A stretch of DNA of 64,000 nt. It comes from Promethearchaeati archaeon SRVP18_Atabeyarchaeia-1 (GTDB lineage: Archaea; Asgardarchaeota; Atabeyarchaeia; Atabeyarchaeales; Atabeyarchaeaceae). Positions 16,527-26,664 of this stretch are shown one piece after another (the first letter of the stretch is position 1; every line of letters starts with the position of its first letter). The translations under genes and the position numbers were made by a program. Below the pieces are notes generated by a model. It ran no database searches, had not been told where the DNA came from, and saw only the letters and a list, made by a program, of their open reading frames with translations. The DNA lies in assembly GCA_037308085.1 (NCBI GenBank), contig CP147779.1, forward strand, positions 2,592,001 through 2,656,000, written 5' to 3'.

Positions 16527-17954
16527 CTATAAACTGAGTTTTCCCGGATTCATGATGTTGTTGGGATCCAGAGCTTTCTTTAGCGTCTTCAGAAGCGCGT
16601 AGGACGACCCCAGTTCGGCTTCAAGCCATTTGCCTTTTAGCAGTCCTATGCTGTGGTGGTGGCTCATCGTTCCTCCTGATTCTATCGCAGCTTTCATTCC
16701 TTCATCCCAGCACCTCTTGTAGATCTCCTCTGCACGGATATCGTCAGGCTCGGTGAGTACAAAGATCATGTATATGGAGCCTCCTTCAGGGTAGAAGTGG
16801 GAGAAGTGAGCCATGGCTTGAACTCGTCCGCTTTTCTCCACAGTTTTCTTGACATTGTAGTAGAGCTCTTCGAGCTTGTCGTAGGTCGCTCCGACGTCTA
16901 TGGTGTCCGCTAGCATGTGCATTTTCGCGTAGACGGGGTTAGGGTAGTACATGTTAAATCTCTTTGTCCACCATTTCTCTGCTTCATCTCGCCCAAGATC
17001 TTTTCCGCCTTCTTCCTCACATATCTTTGTGGCGAGTTTCTCCTCTACCTCGACAAGCTCCTTGGGTCCCTCGAAACCGACTATGAGGAAACAGTTCTTC
17101 CTCGGGATCTTTACCATACCGAGTACCAGCATCGCGTCCGTTTCGTCGTAAAGTCTGATCAAGCAGGGGATGACGCCTCTTCTGTAGAGTTTTCGAACTG
17201 CTTCTAGCCCACTGTGTAAGGTCGGAAGTAGGAACCCCCTGAACCTTCTTTCCTCTGGTATCGGCATTATTTTGAGTGTGAGTTCCGTTATGATTCCAAG
17301 TGTCCCCTCTGAGCCTACGAGAATCTGATTTAGGTTTGGACCTACTGATGACTTTGGGACTTTCCTGGTCCTAATGATTTCTCCTGTCGGCAGGATCGCC
17401 TCAAGGCTGACAACCATATCTTCCACTCGACCGTACTTGGATGAGAAGGTTCCTGCTGAGCGACATGCAACGAATCCCCCGACGGATGAGCAGTACATTG
17501 AAGCTGGTTGGTGCGGGAACGTGTAGCCTCGCTTGTTCAGTTCATTCTCAAGGTCCTGTCCGATTATTCCTGGCTGAACGGTGACTGTTGCAGACTTCTC
17601 GTCTATCTCGAGAATCTTGTCAAGCTTCTTCAGATCAATAGTGATTCCTCCATGGATAGGTACGGTTCCACCGGTAACCCCTGCTCCCCCACCATATGGA
17701 ATTACTGGGATCTTCTTGTCGTTGGCGAGTTTGACTATCTTCACGATCTGGTCTATGGACTCAGGCCAAACTATGAAGTCGGGGTAGGGTTGAGTGACAC
17801 CTCTCTTGACCTCCATCAATCTCAGGGGCCAAGTGTCTTTGCTGTACGAAATCTTATCGAACTCAGCATCAGAGAGGTTACCTTCTCCTACGATGCCGAT
17901 CAAGTACTTCTTAACTGTTTCAAGCCTGCTGGCAGATGATTTATCGCTGCTCAT
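16527..17954 (-). CDS. FAD-linked oxidase, alkyl-DHAP synthase (AGPS)-like subgroup
   Basis: PYGGGAGVTGG, GSEGTLGIITE, SHHHSIG triad (not the EHG of GlcD), NPGK. Confidence 0.8.
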   Translation of the reverse strand: MSSDKSSASRLETVKKYLIGIVGEGNLSDAEFDKISYSKDTWPLRLMEVKRGVTQPYPDFIVWPESIDQIVKIVKLANDKKIPVIPYGGGAGVTGGTVPIHGGITIDLKKLDKILEIDEKSATVTVQPGIIGQDLENELNKRGYTFPHQPASMYCSSVGGFVACRSAGTFSSKYGRVEDMVVSLEAILPTGEIIRTRKVPKSSVGPNLNQILVGSEGTLGIITELTLKIMPIPEERRFRGFLLPTLHSGLEAVRKLYRRGVIPCLIRLYDETDAMLVLGMVKIPRKNCFLIVGFEGPKELVEVEEKLATKICEEEGGKDLGRDEAEKWWTKRFNMYYPNPVYAKMHMLADTIDVGATYDKLEELYYNVKKTVEKSGRVQAMAHFSHFYPEGGSIYMIFVLTEPDDIRAEEIYKRCWDEGMKAAIESGGTMSHHHSIGLLKGKWLEAELGSSYALLKTLKKALDPNNIMNPGKLSL

Positions 17955-17993
17955 CTTTTGGTGCTCACCTTGGGTGCTTTGTTGGTCGTCTGG

Positions 17994-19277
17994 CTAAGCA
18001 ATCTTCTTTGCTAGGAGAACTGTTAGGTCTTCAACTTTCACAGCTGGTGACGAGTTGGAGGCTGCTTGACCTAGCTGGATCACGCATGTGGGGCATGGCG
18101 CCACGATTTTCGTGGGTGCTTCTCCTTGTTTGAGGATCTCCTCCAATCTGGCGTTCGTGATTTCATTTGATACGTCTGCTCTGTACGTGCTTAGTAAGCC
18201 ACCTGCGCCGCAGCACTTCTGTCGAGTGTTCGTTGTTGTTATTTCGACTCCAGGTAGCACTCTCGTAAGTTCGATGATGTAATCTTGTGTGCGTCTGCTT
18301 AGATGCCTGCTCAGGTGACATGCTGAGTGAATAGCGATTCTTTCACTTTCCTTCTTCTTGCCTCCTTTGGACCTTGCGAGATCTGAGATCTTCTTCGTGC
18401 CTACGTCTTCCACCAAGTACTCGACTAGATGTTTTACTCGTATTCCAGAGCTTGGCGCGATTCGGGCGACGGCCTCCTGTATCGTGTTGGCACATCCTGA
18501 GCATGTAGCGATGATCGTCTCAGCCCCAAGCTGTTTTACTTTGTCGATAGTTGTAGCGGCGAGTTTGTTTGCAAGGTCTGTATCTCCTATTAGAGAGGCC
18601 GGCAGACCGCAACACGTCTCATTCTTCAGGAGAGTGAAGTCCAAGCCGAGCTTTTCCAGGATGAGTTTTCCGGATTCTCTGATCTCCAGAGCTCTATGCG
18701 TTGATAGGCAGCCTGCGAAGTAGGCGACCTTGGCTGACGCCTTGTAGATGTCTTTCTTGTATGGTAGGTCGAGATCATTCATTGCGGATTCTGCGAGATC
18801 AGTGCGGAGCCCTTCGTCTTCAGGGGGCAGGCTCGTTCCGTATTCGTGGAGGTTTTTGAGCATCTGTTTGTGTGACTCCGGGATCAAGTCTGGTCGCAGC
18901 CTGAATACCTTAGCTCTCAGCCAGCTGATGATAGCCGGCACTGGGACTTTCTCAGGACATATCTCCTGACAGCTCCCGCATTCGGTGCATGTGTAGATTA
19001 GATCCTTTATGTTCCAAAAGCCCGGATTCACTCTGGACAGAGTTGTGGCCATGGCCCTTGGTCCAGGGAATACATCGAATGATGTTGCTTCTAGAACTGG
19101 GCAGCTTGAGAGACATATTCCACAGTTTAGGCACTTCCCTAGTTCTGCAAGCAGCTTTTCTTCGCCTGGCTCGCCCTTCAAAAGGTTCAAGGATCTTATC
19201 TTCTGCTCTATGAACTCTATTCCACTAGCCACGTTGGTTGCAGATTCTTTTCCCGCAATCGACATGTTTTTCGTCAC
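17994..19277 (-). CDS. glpC: Anaerobic glycerol-3-phosphate dehydrogenase subunit C-like
   Basis: Two CxxCxxCxxxCP motifs plus two CCG domains; directly follows glpB. Confidence 0.75.
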   Translation of the reverse strand: MTKNMSIAGKESATNVASGIEFIEQKIRSLNLLKGEPGEEKLLAELGKCLNCGICLSSCPVLEATSFDVFPGPRAMATTLSRVNPGFWNIKDLIYTCTECGSCQEICPEKVPVPAIISWLRAKVFRLRPDLIPESHKQMLKNLHEYGTSLPPEDEGLRTDLAESAMNDLDLPYKKDIYKASAKVAYFAGCLSTHRALEIRESGKLILEKLGLDFTLLKNETCCGLPASLIGDTDLANKLAATTIDKVKQLGAETIIATCSGCANTIQEAVARIAPSSGIRVKHLVEYLVEDVGTKKISDLARSKGGKKKESERIAIHSACHLSRHLSRRTQDYIIELTRVLPGVEITTTNTRQKCCGAGGLLSTYRADVSNEITNARLEEILKQGEAPTKIVAPCPTCVIQLGQAASNSSPAVKVEDLTVLLAKKIA

Positions 19278-19328
19278 GCCTCTCTCGTTACCTTCCTTCG
19301 ATAGGTTCTTCCGTTTGGCATCCGTCTC

Positions 19329-20726
19329 TTACTTTGAAGCTTCTTCGCCCGCTGCGTAGCCTGTGGCGATTGCAGCGCCATACCTGCATCCGCCACTTGT
19401 GTGGTTGAATCCTGAGAGGATATTTCCACAGGCGAAGAGGTTATCATAGACGACTTCTCCATCAGCTGAAATAGGCTGCAGGTTTTCATTTACCTTGACG
19501 CCGACTGAGAATATCGGGTGTCCGTTGATCGGCAAGGCCTCGTTTGAGAGCATCGTTCTGATGAATACGTCGTTTACTTGTGCATCGTTCTCGTCGAAGA
19601 GCGGTAGATCTAAGAGTGGCTCTTTGACGGTCTCTTCGCTCTCGATTACTCCTCCGCCGATGAAGCTACCCGTCGCAAGCACGAATCTCTCGGCCTCCAC
19701 TTGGAAGTCTCTTTGACCTGATACTACGGACATCGTCTTGAGGGTTCTCTTCTCGGATCCAAAACGAGTTGCTTCGTATGGAAGCATGATCGTTACTCCA
19801 GACTTGTCGGCTGAGTCATCCAGCGCTAGTTGCAGCCTGTAGCCAATGACTGAAGGCGGGGTCAATGTCACGCATTCGAAGGGCGTGAGACCAGATTCCT
19901 CGCCAATAATCTTCATCTTCTCCTCGACGTTCCTTATCCCGATACATGGAGGCAGGCACACGTGTGTTGCCTTGTTGCCATTGGTGAGACCTGCTATCAT
20001 GGCTCCAATCTTCCCAGCGACTTCTTCTTCGCGGTCAATCTGCTTTGCCACCTCTATGCTTTGGATCGTACTCCTAGTTTCAAAGCCTGGTAGTTCGATT
20101 ACCTCGCTTCGGTCCCCGCTGACTTCAATCGGAAGCCCCACTATTCTTGCCGTGTCGGCGAAGTTCTTCGCGCAGAGACGAGGATCATAGTCAGAGTGCC
20201 CCTTGAATCCTACAAACATTATCTTGCCGTTATCGATCTTGGTGAGGTCCCCCTTCGCGACGCTTGAAGGGGCTAGGCAAGTGGATCTTACTGAACCGAT
20301 GGAGTTAATTAGAAGCATGTTATGCTTCAGTGAACCTTCAACTGGAAAACCGACTTCGTTCATGTCGTGAACATAGTCTGCGACAGATTTGGAAATCGTT
20401 TCGCCACAACCACCATCCCGCTCTTCACTGTCCTGGATTCCGCTCCATCCTTCGCGTTGAAGAATCAGGCTATAGGGGTGGTTCTTCTTGACTGCATACT
20501 TCTTTCGAACTAGTATGTCTGGTGGCTCTAATGGAATCTTAATCACAGTGGGGTTGGCAACATCAGCTACGCCCGTGGACATAGCTGTCGCTCCGTACGC
20601 CTTGGAGAAGACAGTGACTTTCTTGCCTTTGCGAGCGGCCTGCTTCGCAGCAGTTAGCCCGGCGATCCCGCAGCCAATGACAGCAACATCAGTCCGTAGT
20701 TTCTCCAAACCTAATTCCACTCCCAC
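19329..20726 (-). CDS. glpB: Anaerobic glycerol-3-phosphate dehydrogenase subunit B
   Basis: GCGIAG, PPSVIGYRL, LATGSFIGGG, NLFACG. Confidence 0.88.
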   Translation of the reverse strand: MGVELGLEKLRTDVAVIGCGIAGLTAAKQAARKGKKVTVFSKAYGATAMSTGVADVANPTVIKIPLEPPDILVRKKYAVKKNHPYSLILQREGWSGIQDSEERDGGCGETISKSVADYVHDMNEVGFPVEGSLKHNMLLINSIGSVRSTCLAPSSVAKGDLTKIDNGKIMFVGFKGHSDYDPRLCAKNFADTARIVGLPIEVSGDRSEVIELPGFETRSTIQSIEVAKQIDREEEVAGKIGAMIAGLTNGNKATHVCLPPCIGIRNVEEKMKIIGEESGLTPFECVTLTPPSVIGYRLQLALDDSADKSGVTIMLPYEATRFGSEKRTLKTMSVVSGQRDFQVEAERFVLATGSFIGGGVIESEETVKEPLLDLPLFDENDAQVNDVFIRTMLSNEALPINGHPIFSVGVKVNENLQPISADGEVVYDNLFACGNILSGFNHTSGGCRYGAAIATGYAAGEEASK

Positions 20727-20737
20727 AGCTTCGCTTG

Positions 20738-22423
20738 CTAAGCGGCCTCCTCACCCTCTGGGCTGTTGTTGTGTTGATTCATCTTTCTCCACATCTCGCC
20801 GAGGTGGCAGTAACTTGATTGGAGGACTTCCTCTTGCGCGAGCTGCCTACCTAGGAGTAAGGGCCTTTTGCCTCTCCACCTTTCTTCAAGCAGATTCTTC
20901 ATGTCTCCCATTAGAACCTCTGGAGAAAGTTTCAGCTCGTCGCCAAGTATCGCTGCGACTTTGTGGATGCATGAGCAACCTTGGCAAGGGCCCATCGCAA
21001 CCCTCGTTCTTCTTCGAACATCATTCATTGTTCTGGCCCATTCATTCCTTATCGAGTAGCGAATCGCAGCTTCAGGTATCGACTCGCAGTTGCATACTTC
21101 CATCTTGTACTGCGGGTTCTCCTCGGTAAGCATTAGAACACCGCTCGCCCTTGTCCCGTAAAGGTATGCAAGCTTTGCTGCCACGTGAGGATAGATACCG
21201 AACTTGCTCGCAAGTTGATCCACGTCTACTTCTTTTTCAGCGCCGATCAGCGGGTCTGTGTGGGTCCGGCACTCAGCGCTCCTGCCTAGTTTCTTGCATA
21301 TAAGGTCAGTCATTTTCTCTGCCATGATTCGGTAGAGAACCAATTTTCCGCCCCCGAAAGAGAGAAATCCTGAAACGCCTTTCTTCTCTCCGAAGTCGAT
21401 GATTTCGAAGTTTCTAGTAACTTTGTCTTCTGGGATTCCGTATTGGTTGATCATCGGTCTCACGCCAGTCATTGTCCTTATTATCCTCGCCTCGCGTATG
21501 CTTGGAATCGCTCGCTCCATTGCTGACATCAGGTACTCAACGTCGTCGTATGTTGTCTCGACTTCGTCGGGATCGCAGAAGATATCGGTGGCCGTCGTAC
21601 CGAGAATCGTAGTGTTCTCATGTGGAAAGAGGTAAGCTGTTCTGCCATCTATGCACTTGGCTATTATTCCTATGTCAGATACTCTTCTATCGAAGATCAC
21701 GTGACTTCCTTTATTGAGCCGAAGCGGATGTTCCAGCTCAGCCATCTCTGCAATCTCGGAACCCCATGGCCCCGCAGCATTTACGACCATCTTTCCTTTT
21801 ATCTCCCTAGTTTCTCCAGATGGGTTGTCTCTGACTCTGACGCCTGTGACAGTATTGCCGTCTCTCAGCACATCGGTCACTTCTGTATGCGTTACGATTT
21901 TGGCTCCGTGGACTTCCGCATCGAGGGCGTTCATTAGGACGAGACGGAACGGATCGATGAAGTATTCCCTGAAGTAAACTGCGCTCAGAACATCCGAACT
22001 AAGCTTTGGTTCCACTCTGAGCGTTTCTTCTTTTGTTAGCGTTACGACGGGGTCACCCTTACGAAGCTCACTATACCCAGCATATCCAGCCACGAAGAGC
22101 CTGCCTTGGTTTGCATCGGCCTTGTCAAGAAAAGGAATCAGTATAGGAGTACTGAAGATCACGTTTCTAGCGATCTTGGCAATTATCGCTGATTCAACTG
22201 AGCAGAGCTTTACCATGGGTGGCTCCATTAGGTACTTGGGTCCGCCAGATATCATTCCTGCACAGGTGGCAACGGCGCCTGAAGCAAGGTCATTTCTCTC
22301 GACAAGAATTGTCTTCAGTCCACGCTTGGCGCAGTCTCTTGCAGTCCCGACTCCAGCGCTCCCACCGCCAATGATCACAACGTCAAAAAGCTCATCACTA
22401 TCATAGCGAACGGTTATCGTCAC
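20738..22423 (-). CDS. glpA: Anaerobic glycerol-3-phosphate dehydrogenase subunit A
   Basis: IGGGSAG..ARDCAKRG, GVRP, GGKL, BFD-like CNCE...RTRVAMGPCQGCSC. Confidence 0.9.
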   Translation of the reverse strand: MTITVRYDSDELFDVVIIGGGSAGVGTARDCAKRGLKTILVERNDLASGAVATCAGMISGGPKYLMEPPMVKLCSVESAIIAKIARNVIFSTPILIPFLDKADANQGRLFVAGYAGYSELRKGDPVVTLTKEETLRVEPKLSSDVLSAVYFREYFIDPFRLVLMNALDAEVHGAKIVTHTEVTDVLRDGNTVTGVRVRDNPSGETREIKGKMVVNAAGPWGSEIAEMAELEHPLRLNKGSHVIFDRRVSDIGIIAKCIDGRTAYLFPHENTTILGTTATDIFCDPDEVETTYDDVEYLMSAMERAIPSIREARIIRTMTGVRPMINQYGIPEDKVTRNFEIIDFGEKKGVSGFLSFGGGKLVLYRIMAEKMTDLICKKLGRSAECRTHTDPLIGAEKEVDVDQLASKFGIYPHVAAKLAYLYGTRASGVLMLTEENPQYKMEVCNCESIPEAAIRYSIRNEWARTMNDVRRRTRVAMGPCQGCSCIHKVAAILGDELKLSPEVLMGDMKNLLEERWRGKRPLLLGRQLAQEEVLQSSYCHLGEMWRKMNQHNNSPEGEEAA

Positions 22424-22582
22424 TCACCTCGATATTCAGGGACACTACTTAGTGGGAATCCACGCTTGATATAAGGCATACGGTGTCTCACGTCCTTATC
22501 TCATGACGAGGGAGAAACGGGAGTCGGGTCGCGTCCTCTTCTACGAGAACTGATTTCAGTACTGGAAGCGGTTACGTAGAGG

Positions 22583-22972
22583 CTACAAGCTTAGTAGGAT
22601 TCTGATTTCTGGTTTCACCTTGAGCGTGTTGTGGACAGTGCATTCTTCAACCATTCTCAGAAGCCCAGCCCTCTCCTTTTGCGCGAGTTTAGCTGGTAGA
22701 GTGATTCGAGCCTCAATTGATCCTATTCTATGAGGGTTCTCTGACCAACCCCAGCTTAGGTCAACTTTAAGCCCTCCCGCGGCTATCTTGCGTCGCCGAC
22801 AAAAAACGCTGGCAAAGTAGCCGATGCAGGATCCTAGGGAAGCGACAAACAACTCGATAGGTGACATGCCAGCATCTGAACCACCGTCCTCTTCTGGCTG
22901 ATCTATTATCACCTTGTGTCCTCTGCATTCTGCTTCAAACTTCACATTTTCAACTAGGGACACACTCATCAT
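22583..22972 (-). CDS. OsmC family protein
   Basis: DQPEEDGGSDAGMSPIELFVASLGSC...ECTVHNTL. Confidence 0.9.
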   Translation of the reverse strand: MMSVSLVENVKFEAECRGHKVIIDQPEEDGGSDAGMSPIELFVASLGSCIGYFASVFCRRRKIAAGGLKVDLSWGWSENPHRIGSIEARITLPAKLAQKERAGLLRMVEECTVHNTLKVKPEIRILLSL

Positions 22973-23256
22973 TGGTAGCAGTCATCTCTCATTCTACTCT
23001 TGGTACACATCTTATCGAGAAACAGCCATCCATGATAAGCTATATCAAGCTTCCCTAAGTACATTCATGGACTGGCTTGTATCACGCGCCACTGCGAGTA
23101 ATCCTCTCGTCTGAAGCGAATTGTAGCCATTTTGCGTCGGGCGACTGCTGTTCATGGACGCCGAGGATCAAGGTTTCTGAGGACATGTATGTTATATCTG
23201 GAGCTATCCTTCCTCTTTGACTGTGATACTGACTGATTGAGTGGAGGTCCTTCGAC

Positions 23257-23874
23257 ATGGAGAAGATAGAAGAACTGATCCAGCGGGTGCGGAAGATTGA
23301 ACATGGATTCAAGGGAATAGAGGAGGAGGCGAGGGATATTACGGAAAAGAATCCCGTCGAAGGTTGCCTGGTTATCTCAAGAAAGTTGTTTTCCTCCGAT
23401 GTCTATCAAGCAAGATCTCTGGCAACTTTTGTTCTTGGAGCGATTGCCCAAATATCACAGGAGGCTCTCCGTTTCTTGAGGGAAAAAGTGAGTAAGGATC
23501 AGAGCTGGCAGGTTCAAGAGATCTTGGCGAAGGCGTTTGATCGATATTGCACAGACACTGGTTATGAACAAGCTTTGCCAGTCATAGAAGAATGGATGAA
23601 AGACGAAAACCCGAATGTCAGAAGAGCAGTCACTGAGGGATTAAGGATATGGACGAACAGAGAGTACTTCAAGGAAAATCCCGGAGCTGCGATCAGGTTG
23701 CTGAGCCAGCTAAAAGATGATGAGAGCGAGTATGTTAGAAAATCTGTTGGAAACGCTCTCCGGGATATTAGCAGGAAACACGGAGACTTGGTTGAGTCTG
23801 AGCTGAGAAAGTGGGATACTTCCGATAAAAGAGTAAAGCAGACTTACGGGCTTGCTAGCAGATTCCTGGCCTGA
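23257..23874 (+). CDS. HEAT-repeat DNA alkylation repair protein (AlkC/AlkD superfamily)
   Basis: WQVQEILAKAFD, NVRRAVTEGLRIWT, SEYVRKSVGNALRDISR. Confidence 0.85.
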   Translation: MEKIEELIQRVRKIEHGFKGIEEEARDITEKNPVEGCLVISRKLFSSDVYQARSLATFVLGAIAQISQEALRFLREKVSKDQSWQVQEILAKAFDRYCTDTGYEQALPVIEEWMKDENPNVRRAVTEGLRIWTNREYFKENPGAAIRLLSQLKDDESEYVRKSVGNALRDISRKHGDLVESELRKWDTSDKRVKQTYGLASRFLA

Positions 23875-23971
23875 GGAATCTATGTATAATGAGGGACTAT
23901 GGCGATTTCTCTTTTGGTATTTGCATTCTGGACGGAGAGTGGCAATTCTAGGGCGCGACTTCATGTCGGGG

Positions 23972-25465
23972 CTATAAGGTTATCTCTCCAGTGACTCTCT
24001 TGCCTAAGTATGTTGTCATGAGTAGGTTCTGGAATGTAGTGTACATCTTGTTGTAAGCCTTAAGGCATTCCCTGTCGGGTTCCTTCTTGTCAACGAAGTG
24101 AACCATGTTCTTAATTGCCTCGTCAACAGACTTGTAGATTGATGCTCCAGTGGCGGCCAGAATTGCAGCTCCCAGGGATGAGCCCTCGGTTACCTTTGGT
24201 ACTACAACTGTTTTTCCGTTCACGTCACATATGATTTGGTTCCATAGGTTCGACTTTGAGCCGCCTCCATCTACTCTGATCTCACTGCTTTTCATCTTCA
24301 TGGTTTCCATTAGTGTGAGATAGAATCTTATTGCGAAAGCATTACATTCGAGTATTGCTCTTGCTATGTGTTTTCGCGTGTGTCCAAATGATAGCCCATG
24401 GATCGCGCCTTTGGCAAAAGTGAACAAAGGTACTATCAGCAGCCCGCCTGCGCATGCATCAATGCTCTTAGCCTCCTCCACTAGAAAGTCATATGGATCG
24501 ATCTTGCTTTCCTTGGCTTTGTTGACTTCGTACGTGCTAAACTGATCCTTGAACCATTTCAGGAGTAATCCTGTGCCCGGAAGAGCACCCTCAAGAATCC
24601 ACTTGTCCTTGATGACATATGGGTTGGTGAACAAGTTTCCTCCTGGGTCGAAGATTGGTTTTCCTTCAAGTACAGTGACCACAAACGTGCCCGTGCCCGT
24701 CGTTGCTTTCGCGGGTCCAGGACCAGTCATTCCAAGTCCAAGGGCAGAGCATTGTACGTCAGCTCCACCCATGATCACGGGCAAACCGGCAATGAGCCCA
24801 GTTTCCTCCGCGGCCCTGCTAGTTACCTCTCCCAGCGGCGTTCCTGGAGCATGTATATCGGGCCACTTGTCAATTGGAACGCCTGCTGCATCAGCAAGCT
24901 CCTGAGACCAAGACATTGTGTTAGTATCTATGATGCCGTAGATTGCATTTGAGTAATCGGTTACGATTTTTCCGGTTAGCTTGTGGTAGAGATAAGCGTC
25001 AACTTGAATGAACTTGTATGTCTTCTCAAAGATTCCAGGGTGATTTTCCTTTATCCATAGTATCTTTGACAGAGAGGAATTGGTCCACCACCCGGTTGGT
25101 CTCGTGATCTTCTTCTTCAGCGGTTCAATGAGAGGTGATGTCCTGGAGTCCATCCACGTTATCCCAGGCAGAAGGTGATTTCCATCTTTGTCTACTGCGA
25201 TCGTTGTTGCCCGCTGGGTGCTTACAGATAGTGCTGCAATCTCTTTCGGAGATATACTTGCCTTCTTCAAGACCTCCTTCATTGTTGAAGCAGAGCTGCT
25301 CCACCACATGGGCGGATCCTGCTCGGAGACGCCCGGTGGTTGTCGCTTCTCCGGATATTCCTTGTAGGACATTGCTTTGAGGTTTCCCTGCGGATCGAAT
25401 ATCACAGAGCGCGCCCCAGTTGTTCCTGCATCAATTATGGCCAAGTAGTGACCTTTTTCAGGCAT
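23972..25465 (-). CDS. FGGY family carbohydrate kinase
   Basis: IDAGTTGAR, STQRAT, WMDSR, DGGGSKS. Confidence 0.9.
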   Translation of the reverse strand: MPEKGHYLAIIDAGTTGARSVIFDPQGNLKAMSYKEYPEKRQPPGVSEQDPPMWWSSSASTMKEVLKKASISPKEIAALSVSTQRATTIAVDKDGNHLLPGITWMDSRTSPLIEPLKKKITRPTGWWTNSSLSKILWIKENHPGIFEKTYKFIQVDAYLYHKLTGKIVTDYSNAIYGIIDTNTMSWSQELADAAGVPIDKWPDIHAPGTPLGEVTSRAAEETGLIAGLPVIMGGADVQCSALGLGMTGPGPAKATTGTGTFVVTVLEGKPIFDPGGNLFTNPYVIKDKWILEGALPGTGLLLKWFKDQFSTYEVNKAKESKIDPYDFLVEEAKSIDACAGGLLIVPLFTFAKGAIHGLSFGHTRKHIARAILECNAFAIRFYLTLMETMKMKSSEIRVDGGGSKSNLWNQIICDVNGKTVVVPKVTEGSSLGAAILAATGASIYKSVDEAIKNMVHFVDKKEPDRECLKAYNKMYTTFQNLLMTTYLGKRVTGEITL

Positions 25466-25686
25466 GCTAAACCCTTCCTATCATTCACGCTAATGAGGAG
25501 AGATAAAATACGGGCACTTCCAATCCGGTTAGACATTACGTCGACGTCCTTTATATAGCACGTAGTATTCCTGATGACCGAAGAATGTATAATGACGGAG
25601 TTGGATAAGTTCACCGCCAGCTTCTGCGCTCTCCCGATCGAAAGCAAGGGATTGACAATAGTTATTGGCTAGCACTCAATTATTCA

Positions 25687-26643
25687 ATGAATCCTGAGGT
25701 GATTCCGATGAGGTTTGGAGCGACGATCTACACGCTGTCGGCCAAGGGCAAGTTCAAGGAGTTTGTCCAAGAACTCTACGACCTTAAGTTCAGAATCTTC
25801 GAGCTGTATCTGCCCTTCTACAATGTCATAAGCCCTGATTCATCCATAAACGAAAAGCCCGTGAAGGAACTCAAGGATGCGCTTAGCACTTTCGAGATTG
25901 AAGAGCTCTCCGCCCACGGATACTACGATGACGAGGTTGGCGTGATAAGCAACATAGCGTCGGTCGACGAGACTACGAGGAAGATGGCTGAGAGAACCTT
26001 GCTGTCAACAATAGATCTCTGCGCCAAGCTGAATGTACGCGTCCTGAACGAGCACCCTGGGACAATCTTCCCAGAGCTGAAGAGAAGTGGCAGGATCAAC
26101 ATCTCATTCATGGCAAATGATTTCGAGAAACTTGGGAAGGCGAAGGCTACTGAGATGGCTGAACGAACGCTCAGAGACTGCGCTAAAGTCGCGGAGGACA
26201 ATGACATAATGATTTGTGTTGAGAACGAAGTCCCCCGCCTCGACACGCTACCCATCGCCGACAATCCCATCGTGATTCCTACCTTAGTCGAAAATCTTGA
26301 CAATGATCACATTAGAGCGACCTGCGATGTGGGGCATCTGGCCCTATCGGCTTCATTCTTTGGTTTCGACATGATCTTTGCAGTGAAGATGCTGAAGCCC
26401 TACTTGAGACACCTTCATTTGCATGACAACAAGCTAGTCCCCTTTCCGGTCGGTGGAACGGACAAGCAGAAAGGGTTTGGGGATCTACATCTCCCACCTG
26501 GTCAAGGGCTCATCGATTTTGACGATGTGATGAAGGCGCTGACTGGAGTTGACGCAGTCTACAATCTTGAGGTCTTGGAATACAAGACTCTTTCCGATTT
26601 CAGAGTTGCTGCCGACTTCTTGGCGAAGAAAGAGAACGGGTAG
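25687..26643 (+). CDS. Sugar phosphate isomerase/epimerase (AP endonuclease 2 TIM barrel)
   Basis: HPG, VENE, DVGH, HLHDN, DLHLPPGQG. Confidence 0.85.
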   Translation: MNPEVIPMRFGATIYTLSAKGKFKEFVQELYDLKFRIFELYLPFYNVISPDSSINEKPVKELKDALSTFEIEELSAHGYYDDEVGVISNIASVDETTRKMAERTLLSTIDLCAKLNVRVLNEHPGTIFPELKRSGRINISFMANDFEKLGKAKATEMAERTLRDCAKVAEDNDIMICVENEVPRLDTLPIADNPIVIPTLVENLDNDHIRATCDVGHLALSASFFGFDMIFAVKMLKPYLRHLHLHDNKLVPFPVGGTDKQKGFGDLHLPPGQGLIDFDDVMKALTGVDAVYNLEVLEYKTLSDFRVAADFLAKKENG

Positions 26644-26664
26644 GGAATTAGACCGAGCTGACCC

